The notes below the pieces were generated by a model that worked only from the letters and a program-made list of their open reading frames with translations, was not told the origin of the DNA and did no database searches. A program made the translations under genes and the position numbers. Positions 13,169 to 26,232 of a stretch of DNA of 64,000 nucleotides are shown here, one piece after another. The stretch is from Chlorokybus atmophyticus (lineage: Eukaryota; Plantae; Mesostigma and Chlorokybus algae): the NCBI GenBank assembly GCA_009103225.1, contig RHPI01003642.1, positions 1,231,099-1,295,098 of the forward strand, given 5' to 3'. How positions within the stretch are numbered: position 1 is the first letter of the stretch; each line of letters starts with the position of its first letter.

Positions 13169-14237
13169 TCAACACCTCAACGGTATACAAGGCCAGAGTT
13201 TTGGCCGCATGGAGTCGCACAACTCATCAAACCGCGCGTTTAGTGTGGCCTCCACCGCAAGCACACGAGCTAGATCACCGCTGCTGTACTTGCCCTGTCT
13301 GTCGGTGATATCAAGTTGAGCAGCAGACCCGACTGCAACCCCTGCACAATAGCACTTATACCCATCAACCACATTGAACCACATTGGCAATAACGACCAC
13401 AGGGGCGGCTGCATGCATTGCAACAAACCAACCTGCAGGAGCATCCTGTGTGGATGCCTTGCGCCCTTTGCTTTTGCGCCGCCCTCGGCTGCCAGCTTCC
13501 CCACCGCCTGCGCGCTCAGCCCGCCGCGCACGCCTGCGCCGCTCTGTTGCAGCAAAGCGCGCCGCCCACTCATCTGTCAGCTCCAACTCGAACTCTTCGT
13601 CATCGAGGCCTTGTGCTAGGGAACTCATGTCTATGGCAACTGGCTGGAAATCGGCGGACTCTGCAGCTGTTTGGTAGTGCAACATCAGCAACAATGCATC
13701 AGCAACAGCGTAGCCGAGGTGAGTTACAGCTGCACAGCTCACACGACCAGGAGGAAGGATACAATCACACATCATGCTACCTGGCGGGCCTGCAGGTTCG
13801 CTGTCTGTAGTATTGTCCACGTGTGCATTGTTATTAGCATTGCCCCCATCATCTTGTTGGGCTAAGGCCGCTGCAGGATCAGCTTCAGCAGCTTCAGTCT
13901 GGGTATAGCTTTGCGGATCATGATCTTGCTGAACCGGGGCAGTGTCATGATAGGGATAGTACTGGAACGGCGGAGGCGGGTGTGACCCGCCATACCAGCC
14001 ATGAGAGGCATGCCATCTGCTGTGACTGGCAGCATAGTCATAAGGCGCGTAAGGTGGGTGCCAAGCGAAAGGGGTGCTAGGGTAAGGCGGAGGCCAGTAA
14101 GGCCTTGGCCGGCAGTGGTGGTAAGGGTACCACAGGTTAGCAGGGGGGTAGGCTGCGTAAGGTGAGGGTGCATGATGACCGGGACCTGGAGGTGGCCCGT
14201 AGTAAGGATAGGGTGCTCCTTGGTGTTGCCGTTCCAT
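13169..14237 (-). CDS. GEMIN8: GEMIN8-like SMN-complex subunit (3 exons)
   Basis: Exons 14237-13781, 13666-13433 and 13341-13169, with GT-AG phase-1 junctions. Tyr/Pro/His-rich N-terminus, central EFELELTDEWAARFAATERRR, and C-terminal KYSSGDLARVLAVEATLNARFDELCDSMRPKLWPCIPLRC, resembling the recalled Gemin8 end ([31 protein letters not shown]). Confidence 0.72.
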
Positions 14238-14511
14238 GTGGCAAACAACTGCGGGAAGACACACAGAGGTTGTCAGCCAGGCCATGCCAAAAAAACAATA
14301 CATGCCGCGCCATGCACCGATGCAAGGCATGCACGCGTGTGGCCCACAACTTGCAATCAGCTGAAACAGCAGAAGCATCAATATCTGGCTTGAGGGAGGC
14401 TGGATTATTGCTCAACAACCACAATGCAGTGGACATACGTGCGCATGTACGCAACAGCAGCAGCAACTTCCTGGTAGGCGGACATTTATCATGCATGCAT
14501 CCGCCACTTAC

Positions 14512-15582
14512 TCAAGTGTTTTGCGAGAACTTGTATGCGCAATTCGGGCACTCGTAAAATACTGTCTGCCCTTCATCAGCTGACCGCAACTGCCAGACAC
14601 ACAACAAATCTCACTTGCAATATCATGACATGGCAGTATACAGGACTTCTCAACATTTTTCTGCAAGTGAGAAACCTACCTGCAGAGTATAATACTCGAG
14701 CTCCGGATGGTTGCATTTGGGGCATGCCTCGTTCACCTGCACAGAGCAGGTCATGAACTGCAACGTGCAAGGCATCACGCGTAATGTGTGTGCAACACCA
14801 TGAAACAAACTGCATACCGTTGCGCGTTGCCTGTCCTTGCCGCCGGGTCCAGCGTTCTTGTCATAATCCACTTCAGCTTCCAGGGGCACCAGTGGTTCGA
14901 TGCCGTACTTGCGAATAAAGTCCTGCATGACACACAATGGTACGCGTTGCAGGCTCTTGAACCATCTGACGTATCAAGAACTACCAAGGTGCGAGGGATT
15001 CGTAACTATAGAAGTCAAGTAGTCTGGAAGATAGATTAGTCGAAGCACTGTGCACATGGCTTACCCTTGGCCCTGTTCGCCTGATGACTTGATGACCTTT
15101 GAACTCTGCAAGGCACTGTTGTCAGCAAAGCGGCGATGTCAGCAACATGCATTGAACAGTGACCCTAAATTGAGAATGAACGCGGCTTGCGGTGTAAACG
15201 CAGGATGTTGAAGTCACAATGCAAAGGCCGTTACCCTAAACTGGGGCATGCGTTTGCAATAGCACTGACTGCAAGCCGAGGCAAGCATGACAAACTCAAG
15301 CCGGAAATAGTACTGCACATGCATGAAGGTGCATGCAGCAACACGTGAAGCGTACAAAGCAAGTTCAATGCCAATTGCACAAATCATTGATACTGACAGT
15401 TTTAAACCTGAAATGGAGCGCTGGAAAGGACAGAGGGGGCATGCAGCTGCGGCGCCAGTGGCCGGCAAGCGCAGGAGGGTGCCGCAGTTGGGGCAGAAGA
15501 GGGCGGCGTGGCTGCTGCTGCGCTCTGCCTTGTCCTGCAGCCCAGACGACGGCGCCCTCCTCTTGGACAACGGAGCCAGCAT
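14512..15582 (-). CDS. RPA12: RNA polymerase I subunit RPA12 (two Zn ribbons)
   Basis: FCPNCGTLL...CPLC N-ribbon, then |[14 protein letters not shown]|[10 protein letters not shown]...RQRAT|[19 protein letters not shown]|[38 protein letters not shown] is the RPA12 TFIIS-like signature. The start codon is tentative. Confidence 0.92.
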
Positions 15583-15788
15583 CCCCCCAAACCCGACACG
15601 GCCGCCCGCGCCTCCGCCGCCGCCGCCGCCTTTGCCGCAGTGCACAAGATTGCTTACACCTTTCTCCAGTTTAGGGTTGAGGCCGTGTGATGGCTGTGGT
15701 GGGCGGAGGCGGTGGAGGAGCAGGGCTTTGCTGGTTAGGGCTTGGAGGGGACAGCCTGAGTGGGGTTGTTTTGTGCTCGTGATAGAGG
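15583..15788. promoter_or_regulatory. Probable bidirectional promoter/5' UTR region between RPA12 and the RING gene
   Basis: Two head-to-head start codons about 200 bp apart; GC-rich. No motif verified. Confidence 0.4.
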
Positions 15789-17510
15789 ATGAGCGTTTGT
15801 TCCATCTGCTTGGACACCATCCACGACGAGGCCTACCTAGACGGCTGCTTCCGTAAGCCAAAGAAACAGATTTGTTCGCACCAGATTATTCATGATTAAA
15901 CTGCATACAGTGCTCTTTTGTTTTTTGCTTGTCTGTTTCTTTCTGTTTCTTGTCTTTGCCTTATTTGTGAAACTCAAATTCACCCCTTCCCAGTCGTCCT
16001 GCTCAATTCGCACTGACATCGCTCTGTGTTGTGTGTTTTTTCCAGATTGTTTCTGCTTTGAGTGCATTCTGCGTTGGGCCCACACACAGCTGAATGCACA
16101 GGCTGAGAAAAGAGAGCCTCCCTCGTGTCCACTGTGCAAGGTATGCGCGTAGATGTACTCCAGTCTTGTGCGACTAGTTGTACAGGCAGCAGGCCTTAGA
16201 GGCGTTGTGTTTGTATCCAACTGTGTGTAACATACACACAAGTCCGCAGAATGTTGGTGTTTTTACTCCTCGGCTGATGTTTACATAATGCAGGCCGTGT
16301 ATACAAGCATAGTCCACGACTTTAAGCAGACTTCCTTCAAGCGTCTTTACGTGTCCACTGACGGCATCTTTGGGTACTTTTACTTGTTGGTTTGCTGTTT
16401 AATACTGTCTTCAGTTGGACTTGAAGTTGGCGTGCAGGATTGCAACCCACTGGTTGATATAACCAACAATATGCATGCATGTTGCAGGTATGTGTGCAGC
16501 GACTCGGGCTTCCAGCTGTCACCTGCGCACCTAAAAAGACGATCCGTGTATATAGCGCAGCTGGCCGGTGGGTGGGGTTTTTGTGACTTCCACATTATAG
16601 TCATGATGAAGAGCATAGCATGTGTGCGTGCGTGCGCATTGTGATGAATACAGCAGCATCTTCCACGTGTGTGCGTGCGTGTGCATTGTGATGCACAAAG
16701 CATCAACTTGCCTCACAGTAATTCATTGCGCGTTTGGATGCAGCCCTAACCTTTGTCATCATGCACAGTGGTCAGCCAACCTGGCATCATGATTGACTAG
16801 TAAAACTCCACAGGTGAGGGTGCGCGGCATCTACCAGGCGCCACGCGTCCTGATATCTGCATTGCCGTGAGCTCGACCGCATGGAAACAACAAGCTAGCG
16901 CTCGCTCCCGGCTGAGCGTACGTCCAGCGCCCGCTGCGCTGCGCGCGTCATGGCTGCGGACGTGGCTGAAGCGGGACTTGCAGGCCATCATGCAGGTGCA
17001 GTGAAGCACAGGCCGCTGTTACTGCATGTTTGGGGAAGCTGTTGTTGGGTTGGTGTATTGATGATAATGGCCCCGCAGGAAGAAGATGTTGACATGATTG
17101 TGCAACACGTTGCAGCATATGTCGAGCACTTGCAGATGAGGTATTAACCTGAATTCGGTCACACATTCATGCATGCACACATACGCGTACACGTGCACGC
17201 GCGCATGCAGGTGTGCGCGTGTGTGCACATATGCGAAGTTATTGTGGGGTTTTTTTCTTGTTCACCAGTGACGGTCTATGCATGCATGATTAGGGGCAAA
17301 GTTGTGGGCAGCAGCGAGTGGCTTCACATAATGGCGGAGACCGTGCAGCCGTTCATATTCGAGCACGCCGACACCTTTGCCGCGGAACTGGCGTTGTTTC
17401 TCTCCACAGGATTGGACATGGCAGCTTACGACCGCCTGTGCCTGTCCGATGCAACCAAAATACAGGTATCAAGCACGCAGCCGCTCAATAGCCAACCCTC
17501 GCAGAGCTGA
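15789..17510 (+). CDS. TOPORS-like C3HC4 RING E3 ligase; 3' end tentative
   Basis: MSVCSICLDTIHDEAYLDGCF|HCFCFECILRW...CPLCK|AVYTSIVHD (phase-consistent introns). C-terminal VQPFIFEHADTFAAELALFLSTGLDMAAYD resembles the TOPORS/plant RING PWI-like tail. Confidence 0.8.
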
Positions 17511-18261
17511 TGTTTACATGCCGGGCTGGCAAGTATTGTAAGGTGCTATTGTAACGTAGAAAGTACACTGTCAATGACCTAGCTGCTTACATGTACATAT
17601 GTAGACTTTCATCTGGTTGCTAGGAAGGTAGGTAGGTAGACAGCTGTGGTGACAGAGTTGGGTGATTGGTTCATTTGGTTGAGACCTCTGTACTACAGCA
17701 ATAGCCAGTTTGTGGTTGCAAAGGCCGGTGGTGGTGTCGTGTCGGTACAATGGATTGTCCATACTTGAATGACTGAAGCATACACTACTTGCACGAGTAT
17801 AAACACTGTATGTCATGTGCGTGTGTCATGCTTGTCATGCTTGTCAAATCAACCATCCAGTGCAGATGCATGCGCCACGCGCTTGCATCACAATCCAAGC
17901 ACATGACTATGTCCGGCATGCCAGCCACATCAGTCGGTTGTGTTACGACTGCGCGACTGCACAACAATACATATTCAGTGTGTAGTGGAGATTTATTCTA
18001 TTTATTTGACATGGCGTACAAAACACAGTCACCGCATAGACAACACAGTCATTGTCTTTGGCTAGCTACACCGACTAAGCCGCTACAACTTCAACTACAC
18101 AAAGGAAGACACGCATGCTCACAAGCATGAACATACGCGCATTCGAGTCTACACAACGCCTGAAGCCACAAAAAACCATTGCTGGCCTGTACACGTGCCA
18201 GCACGTCTTGAAAACAGGTAAGGTTGGGTTGCTGCGTTGTACCTCCTGTTGTTGTGTTTTG

Positions 18262-19776
18262 TCACTCTCTGTGGGGTCTCTGCGCAGGCTGATCACCGGG
18301 CGCCTTGACAATCAGCACTGCGCACGGGCTGTGATGCACGCAGTAGTCTGCAGTGCTGCCCAACATGAACCTGCAAGGATGGGGAGGAGGAGGTTCAATG
18401 GGCATGCATGTGTCCTACTATGCTAGCACGGAGTACACATGCATACGTGCATACGCATGCTTGCATACGCACAAGAACGTGCATGCTCACGCCCATGCAC
18501 TTGCATGCACATACGCGCACACGCGCCCCCCCGCGCGCGCGCGTGCGCGGGGGGGGGAAGGGGGGGCGCGCGCACGTGCTTGTGCGCAAGTGTGCAGCTT
18601 ACAACATGTGTACGCATGCGCATGCACATTCGTGCACACACCGACACTGAGACTCACACCTGGACAGGCGCCTACACATACACAAGAGTGTCTGCACGTT
18701 GAACCAACATGCACTGCCGCCACACGTACTTGGACACAGCGCCAAGCCCACGGCTGCCCATGACGAGGAGGTCGGCGTCGACGTCCTTGCATATATCGCA
18801 CAGCACGTCGCGGGGGTCCCCGCACCCAACACGCACCTCGCTAGCCACCTGCGTTACAGTATTAGTCTTAGGGTTGGGTTGGAAGAATTAAAAGTCGTAA
18901 TGTGGGTATGTGCCACAGCGTACGTCTGCTGAGGTGAGGGCGTTGGCGGCGGCGTTGGCTGTCACGCGCCCCACCTTCACGCTCTCCTCGTTCAAACGCT
19001 TGCGCCGCGCCGTCATCATGGACGGGTACCCATCTGAAAGCATGAAGCAACCCAATGGTGAGTCGAAAAGTCTCTCCAAATCACACAGAATAACCACTCA
19101 ACAGCCAACAAGGCTTGATGCTTTGGGCCTGTGTGCACAATGCAATAATGCTGCTAGCTGAACAAAAACTTAGAACAACACCCCCAAACTGTACGCTACT
19201 CCTCTTGAGTAGTGTTGCACCATGGCACGGCGGGTTGTCTATATATACGTGTTGCATTAACTTGTGAGTGACTAACCCAATACGATAAAGTCTTCAGCGT
19301 CTGCATGCTGGTAAGCGGCGTGGGCGACGATCACCCTGTCCACGCCACCGGGTCGCAGCACGTGACGGATGGCGTACCTGTTTCGTGGGCGTCCATTGAG
19401 TTTGTTGAGATCACGTTATTGCCAATCAGCGAGTGCATTCCATCAGCACTTAATCATGCAAAGTGCATGTGATATTGCGTAACAGCAGCAGCAGCAGCAA
19501 CAATAACAACAACAACAACAGCAACAGCAACAGCAACAGCAACAACAACAACAGCCACAACACTCACTTCAAGGCATAATCTGCTGAGGCGGATCCGTCT
19601 GCAGCCAGCACCACCGTGCGTTGTGCCTTGGCGGCCGCTCCCTTGTCCTTGTCCTTGTCCTTGGTCTTATCTGCCACGTCGTCGACGCCAGCGACAACAC
19701 TGCCACTCACCCCCACCTCCTCCTCCTTCAAGTCCAAGTTGGCCACCTCAGCGCCCACATCCGCAACGTCACCCAT
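18262..19776 (-). CDS. Universal stress protein A (USP) domain protein
   Basis: RTVVLAADGSASADYALK|YAIRHVLRPGGVDRVIVAHA ... VGCGDPRDVLCDICKDVDADLLVMGSRGLGAVSK|FMLGSTADYCVHHSPCAVLIVK. The G-x2-G-x9-GS ATP-binding motif is present. Confidence 0.9.
19485..19560. repeat. (CAA/CAG)n microsatellite in a USP intron
   Basis: Direct reading of the sequence. Confidence 0.9.
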
Positions 19777-22700
19777 GCCGCCACCAATGCTGTCGACCGA
19801 CACTGGACGCCTGCCGATGCACAAGGAGTAGCTGTACACCCTCACCACAGACAAACCCACTCAGGCTGAAGAGTCCCACACCGATATTATACCTGCACTA
19901 CGTTCACAACCACAACTACCCCAGCAGCTTGCCAATGATGCCGACACAACAACAGCGACAACGTAGCCCGCGACCTTCGCCTCGGGATGTTACAAGGCAG
20001 AAACGACTAAAGCGGACAGACGAATGCTGTGTGTCTAGTACTAGTACTACAAGTACTACTAGTACCCCTCAACAACCACACCGACAACGCTCACAACGCC
20101 GGCGACGGCTCTCTCCGAACGAATGATTGTTCTGACTCCTTTGCCTCCCTGCCCTGGGGGTGATGTGTGTCATCAAGTATGGTAGGCTACCATTGGTAGC
20201 TAATGGCCCCATCACCGCTGTGCGCATGGAGAGCAGTACACGGTGTCAACACTCTCAGCATGCTACGGGACTGACTCACTCATTGATGGGTTGCTCGACC
20301 TGGTGGTGTCGTCATGTCCCGCGCAGGTCGAGTGTCGCTTCGGTGGCGAGTCACGTGGGGGAAGCCGCGGCTCGACAGCACAGTGTTGTCATGTGACAGT
20401 TCCAATGAACTTAGCCTGACATCATTGGACTACTAGAGGGAGTTACCGGGCCGCGGTGTGATGCTGGGCCATGATGCCAGGTTGGAGGGTTCAAGTGCAG
20501 GTTTAACCGTTGAACTTGGCCGCTTCCGATGCTATGACTGGCTATACATTATAGACAGCCATGGTTGAATGCTTGTAGCCCTTTAAGGGTAATACCTTTT
20601 AACCTGCAATTAGGGCTGGGGCCTAACATTTACGTTCGGAACAATGTTATAATAGAAGAACATTCTTTGTGAGTGAGGTCGAAAAATTGCTTTTTACAAA
20701 TGAAACCCCCTTTAATAACGTTATTTGTTAGTTAATGTCAAATTGTTGAGACGATAACAAAACGTAATAGGTAGGGGGCCGTGCGTTAATACGCATGTTG
20801 TGCGCGTTGTGTCGTTATTTCAAATTCAGTTCAAGCAATCTCCATTACATAAGGCAAAGAGCACAAATCCGCAATGTGTTTACAACCAATGATGGTGACC
20901 GTGATATTCAATTGAGGTTGGGGTTGAGGTTTTAATTGAGATTGCAGTATCGTCTATGGTTAAATGTTGTAACTTTAACCATAATCGTAGACTCATTATA
21001 CACACATTTTCCGTCAGTAACTTTGTTCAGTATCTGTTCGTTATTGCATATGTAATGAAAACATACACTCATTTGTGTATGGTTACGAAATAATAGTACG
21101 TTAACAAATAATTAACAAGCTTGTTCCATTATTGTTATTTGTTTGTGTGAAAGCGTCAAATGTTTAATGCGCCCCACACATACCTGCAATGTAACCTCTT
21201 TCCATTATAAACGCACCTTGTTTGTTTAAAGACAAGACGTAAAAACACAATTGGACCACTGTTTGTTTCTGAAGAGTCAAATTGTATGAACTTGATTGTC
21301 ATTGGGGGTGATAAAGTGATGGCATGCATGCTTTGCAATAATTGCTATAGCATGCAATATGCGGTGGTTCCACAGGTTGGTGGTTGGCCGTTGGTGGGTT
21401 GAGTGGGTTGTTGGCAAGCTCAGAGGTGTGTGACTAGCGAGAGGTTTCGGCCAGCCCGTTGCAACCTTTTCTTGCTTATTTCTTCCTACGCGAGATCAGG
21501 CCTTGCCTGACAGACTTTGTGCATTCACAGCATGCTATGCACGTTGGTAAGAATGCATGCATACGCACGGCATGTTGTCAATGTGACATAGATAGACAAA
21601 CAGCGTTAACTACATGTAATAACACGGCTTATTTCATTTTAGCATCATACTGCATCCAATTGTACAATAAATGCATTATATCACATAACGCAATCGACTC
21701 AGAGAGTTAAGGCTTGTAGAATCAAATCGGCGAATATGTGATTGTATACATGGGCTTCATAAATATAAGACAACGCTGATGTTCGGCATGATTGTTATAA
21801 TAAGGTTATATGTCACATTTTATCGTAGTCCATACATGTGGGTCTTTGTTATCATGCTTGGTAGCCCCACTCAACAACGACACATCAGCATGATAACGTT
21901 ACTACATATGTGGTTATGTATACAACTGTCATCATATCAAGTCTGTATGTTTAAACATGTAATCGCTTACTATTAAGTTAATGGATTATGTTACAATTAT
22001 AAATCAGAAAATGGCCGACCTTTTATTTGATGGACACTATGTTAAATGTTTCGAGGATTTAACTCAGGAGTAGAGTGCCGTGTATCAGGCATGCAAAGCT
22101 TCACATATTTAAAAATTGCACGCTGCTTGCAGACTATTTAATCAACACATGAATAATAAGCAATGCATTATACGTATCCACGTGATATTTGTATAGCGAG
22201 TCATGAAACTTTTATTAAATTTTTACACTAACATATACTTATTAGTGTTAACACTCCAAATAACAGTTGTAATAACAATCATAAGACGCGGCTTACAAAA
22301 AAACAATTCTTTGCAATATTAATCAATGTTTATTATAAAACTTATTAATAATTGTAACATGCATATGCTGCACGTGTACAGTTGTTTAAACATGTCTATC
22401 ACAACATACACATTGAATGTGTAACATAGCGTATGTGGCATAGGTGGTGTCAATGCATAAGTTGTTTTACTATTTCTTATACTATTGTACATTCAATGTT
22501 TAATTCAAACATTGTATCGTGGTTAATCATACAACGTGGCCGCCAGGCTCACGAATTTATGAATTTTAAGCGAGTGTCACAGCCCACTCGACCACAAAAG
22601 AGTTGGTGCTTTTATGGTCGATTTGTGGTAACTTTAATGTACCTTCCCGTTACATCCCCCCCACGTAAGAACGCTGACGTCCACGGCAGCTGGCGCCCAT

Positions 22701-22840
22701 CAGCTGGGGAATCATCCCAGGGGTCTGATTTAGGGTCGGTCACCGGCCCCACCACCCAAGGACCGGCCAATCTAGGCCCATACCGGTCAACGCGCACATA
22801 GCGCACCGCTGCCGGCCCCACAGGTCGCATCGCCGCGATA

Positions 22841-25800
22841 GGGTAAAGTCGCCCTATTTCGTAATGTTTTGAGGTTATTTGGTAATAACTTCCGTTGTGC
22901 TGCTTTCGGGGCGGCAAACCTTTTATTAAACTGATAGAAGAGATTATTAGCTACGCAACGCATATCATTTTGGATTTTTGGGTGTTCCATAGCGCCCGTC
23001 CCACCCTCTCAAAGATTGGGGTGTAAGGGGTGATGCCTGTTTTGCGAAATTGCCTAATTTTATTAGTTGCTTTCGCAGGCAAAATGGTTGCATACAGCCC
23101 AACTGTGCCGTCAGCCACCTGCCTCATGCCGGGGCGGTTTGGCTGCATGCTTGCTGTGTTCTGCAGCACTTGACAATGGCTGCAGCCAAGTTGTGGCATG
23201 GCGCCGCCGCCCACTTTGGCGCCAAGTGTCATGCCTTGTGACGCCATAGCCAACACAGTGGTTGGGGGAGGTTGGCGATGTAATTGGCCGCAAGCAAGTA
23301 AAGGTGAGCAGTAGGTTGTGCGCGCCTTGCATGCATGCATCACTCATACACTCCCTTATACAAAGTAAAAAGTGTTATGTATGTACGGCATGGTGTCCTC
23401 ATGGTGTCCTATGTACAAAGTCTAGTTAGTCCTAAGGGTTGTTGCCTGGCACAGCTCTCCGCCTTGCCTTCTTCTCACGCCAGCGTTGTGCACCTTGTCT
23501 TGCTTCATGGCAGGGACGAAGGTTAAGTCCAAAGCGTGTGGCGAACAACATCTCCGCGCAGTCATGGAAGGGTTTGCCCAGTTGGTTCATGCACTCGACA
23601 GAGTCCCAGCAGTAGCGTAGCCAGATAGTATCCGCCTCTCTAGCAGTGCGCTCCCGTTGCTCTTTCTCTAGCCGCTTCCCCTCTTGAACAGCTTGTTTAG
23701 CCAGGTCCTTCTCTCTTTGTTTGCGCTCTCTTTCTTCTCTGGCTTGCTGTTGCTTGGCTGCTGCTTTTGCCTTCATTGCTGCTGTCCTCTGCGTTGCAAG
23801 TACGCTCAGCCGCCTTAGATGCTGCAATAGATGCTGCTTCTTCTGCCTTACGCTTGCGTGCCTCCTTCCTTGTCTGCACTGCTTCCTTGTCCACTGCTGC
23901 CCTTGCTTCCAACTCCTGCTCTCTCTCAAACGCCTGGTCGGCTGTCAACAGCTCAGCAGCCTTGATCAGACGTTTGCGAGGGGGTGGTGCAGCAGTGTGT
24001 GTTTCAACAGAAGCGGGAGCTCCTTCGGCTTGTTGAGGGTCAGCGGGGCTATCTCTTTCTCTGTTGATAGCGTGCAGCAAAGCTGACAGGCCAGGGGTCT
24101 CCTGACGCAAAGGGAAGTACTTGTCACATGCATGCTTGTTGGGTGGGATGATGCCGCATGCTCGAAACCCAGAGATGATGTTTGTAGCAGAGAGGCCCTG
24201 CAGGTATGGATGAGAAAGCAGGCTGAGGAACTCCCCCTCGCTGAGGTCTTTGTTGCTGTGTGTGTTCTGCCTCTCCCGGTAGACTTTCTTGTAGCATTCC
24301 TTGAATGTGTGAAAACACGACACATTGAGCACCTGGAGCATGTGCGTGGTATAAGGGGGTAGTACAAGGATGTGCAGTCCTGAATTGCGTGCGAACTCCA
24401 ACATGCTTGCATTGTACCTGCTGATGTGGCCGTCCACAATCAGCAGTGCAGGGTTCTCTGGGTTAACCCCACCAGGGCTGTGCATGCACAGGTGTCTGAT
24501 CCACTTCTTGAAGATGAGCGTGGTCATCCATGCGTTCTCTTAGGGATAGATTACTGCTCCGGGCACTTTAAACTTTTTGGTCTCGGCCGAAGCAGGTTGA
24601 TACACACCTTTGATAGTGCACAGTGGCGGTACGTTGAAGCCAGAACCAGTAACAGCTGCCACGATGGTCACGTGTTGTCTGCTGCTTGTTATCGCGCACT
24701 GAGCCCACTTGGCACCACTGCACATGCACACAAACATTGTTGAGTGATCCCCACCGTGTGCATGCAACAGTGCTCTCAATGTAGTTGCAAGCTTACCTTT
24801 GGCAGATGATGTGTGTGTTCCTGGCAGCACTGTCTGGTTCCACTCCCACCTCGTCTGCACTAATGATCCTCTCAGGCTTGTTGGTGAGCTGCAGGTCCAG
24901 CAATGTTGCTTCCAGCAGATCGTGGAAGCTTTGCACAGCTTGAGGGTTCAAGCATACACGCCTGGACTTGTCCTGCCTTGCGGGACACAAGTTTCCACCG
25001 AGCACACAGCCCATCAAACCACTTTTTGCCTGGACATTGCTGCTTCAACCCTCGTAGCCTTGGGTCTCCAGCAAAGCGCTTGGATACCTCCACGCATATC
25101 TCCCCCCAGGTGACACCACGTCCACAGTCATTCATAATCTTAGCCCAATCGGCAATGTCCCTCTCCTCTTCCTAGGTGAGTAGCAAACCAGCTCCAGCTT
25201 TCCTACACGAACAGGCATATGCATATCAGAATGGCAATGCATGTCACCGCAACTCTGCATGCTATTCACACAGCATGGCTCTTACTTGTACCTTGCAGAG
25301 TTCGCACCCTCTTTCACGTAGTTGTGCATAGTGGAGGACGCCATGCCCAAGCTGCTGGCTGCCTCAGCAACAGACATACAACCTCGATGCACAGCCTCAA
25401 CTGCCCGTGCAATACCTTCCTTCCTGCTGGCATGATCCTCGTAGGCCCCTTTGGCTGATGGCCCACTGATTCTCGCTTTTGCTCTTCTTGCTGCTCCCCT
25501 CTTAGCTTGCACACGTTTTCTCTACGGGGTAACAAGGTGTCAGCCAGCAACATGGTGGTATGATGGCCTCCAAGGTCAAGGGATGACGAGTGTGCACAAC
25601 ATGCACATCACCACAAATACCACTTACCCGTGCAGGCTTGCGTGCCATAGTTTCTAAAAATAGCCTAGACTCATCCTGTGTACCCTCAACGTGCAATGCA
25701 AGCTTCTACACACCATAATACTGCCTCCCAAGCGTGCACTCTTGTTACAGCGTGGTATATTAAGTAGCCTCAAATTTGAGCTAACGCAACGCATTACCCC

Positions 25801-26173
25801 CTACAATTTGAATAAGTGCCCCTCGCCACCGCCAAGAGCAGAACTTTGTAAACATGTTTGTTATATTATAAGCTTCCATAAGCAACAAACCCCACTTAAT
25901 TTAGCCATCAGATGCAAAAGTAACGTGCAACCAAACGTTTATGTGCATCTGGTTCAAAAATGTGATACCAATCTGCTAGGTTGAAATTTCATATCTCCCG
26001 CCCCAGATGGCCGTTTCAAGAGATTCAGGTTGCATTGATTAGGCCAGAATGGCCTCTTGCGTGGTGCCAAATGGCAGCTTGAATGCCAAATGGCCGCCAC
26101 ACCGGCCCAAAAGTCCGTAAACACCATTGACTAACGAAATAAAGGCTGGTTCTGAAATTAGGCAACTTTACCC
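22841..26173 (-). mobile_element. pogo/Tigger-type (DDE_1) DNA transposon, copy A, degenerate
   Basis: Imperfect 20-bp TIRs GGGTAAAGTCGCCCTATTTC / GGGTAAAGTTGCCTAATTTC, with TA on both sides (22839-40, 26174-75). Contains a transposase remnant. Confidence 0.9.
23432..25648 (-). pseudogene. pogo transposase A (HTH_psq, CENP-B HTH, DDE_1), disabled
   Basis: SADEVG...ENAWMT...LLIVDGH...LPPYTTHMLQVLN. In-frame TAG stops near 25172 and 24540, a frameshift near 24970 (relative to copy B), a second frameshift near 23790, and the third catalytic Asp replaced by Asn. Confidence 0.88.
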
Positions 26174-26232
26174 TAGGCAGGTCGCGCCCTGCCGCGCCGA
26201 CTGAACTGGTCAGTTCGGCGCGACTGCCATTA

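Noticed and set aside
20400-22560. Additional TE or SINE in the AT-rich block (GGGTTGAGTGGGTTGT at ~21395, GGGTTCAAG at ~20488)
   Set aside because: Only short matches to TRIM motifs; no paired termini, TSD or correctly spaced boxes found.
22730-22840. Independent MITE beginning TA-GGGTCG (resembling the pogo TIR start)
   Set aside because: The only candidate partner end (CGACCC-AT) is 6 bp and lacks TA. The segment is better explained as TRIM internal sequence.
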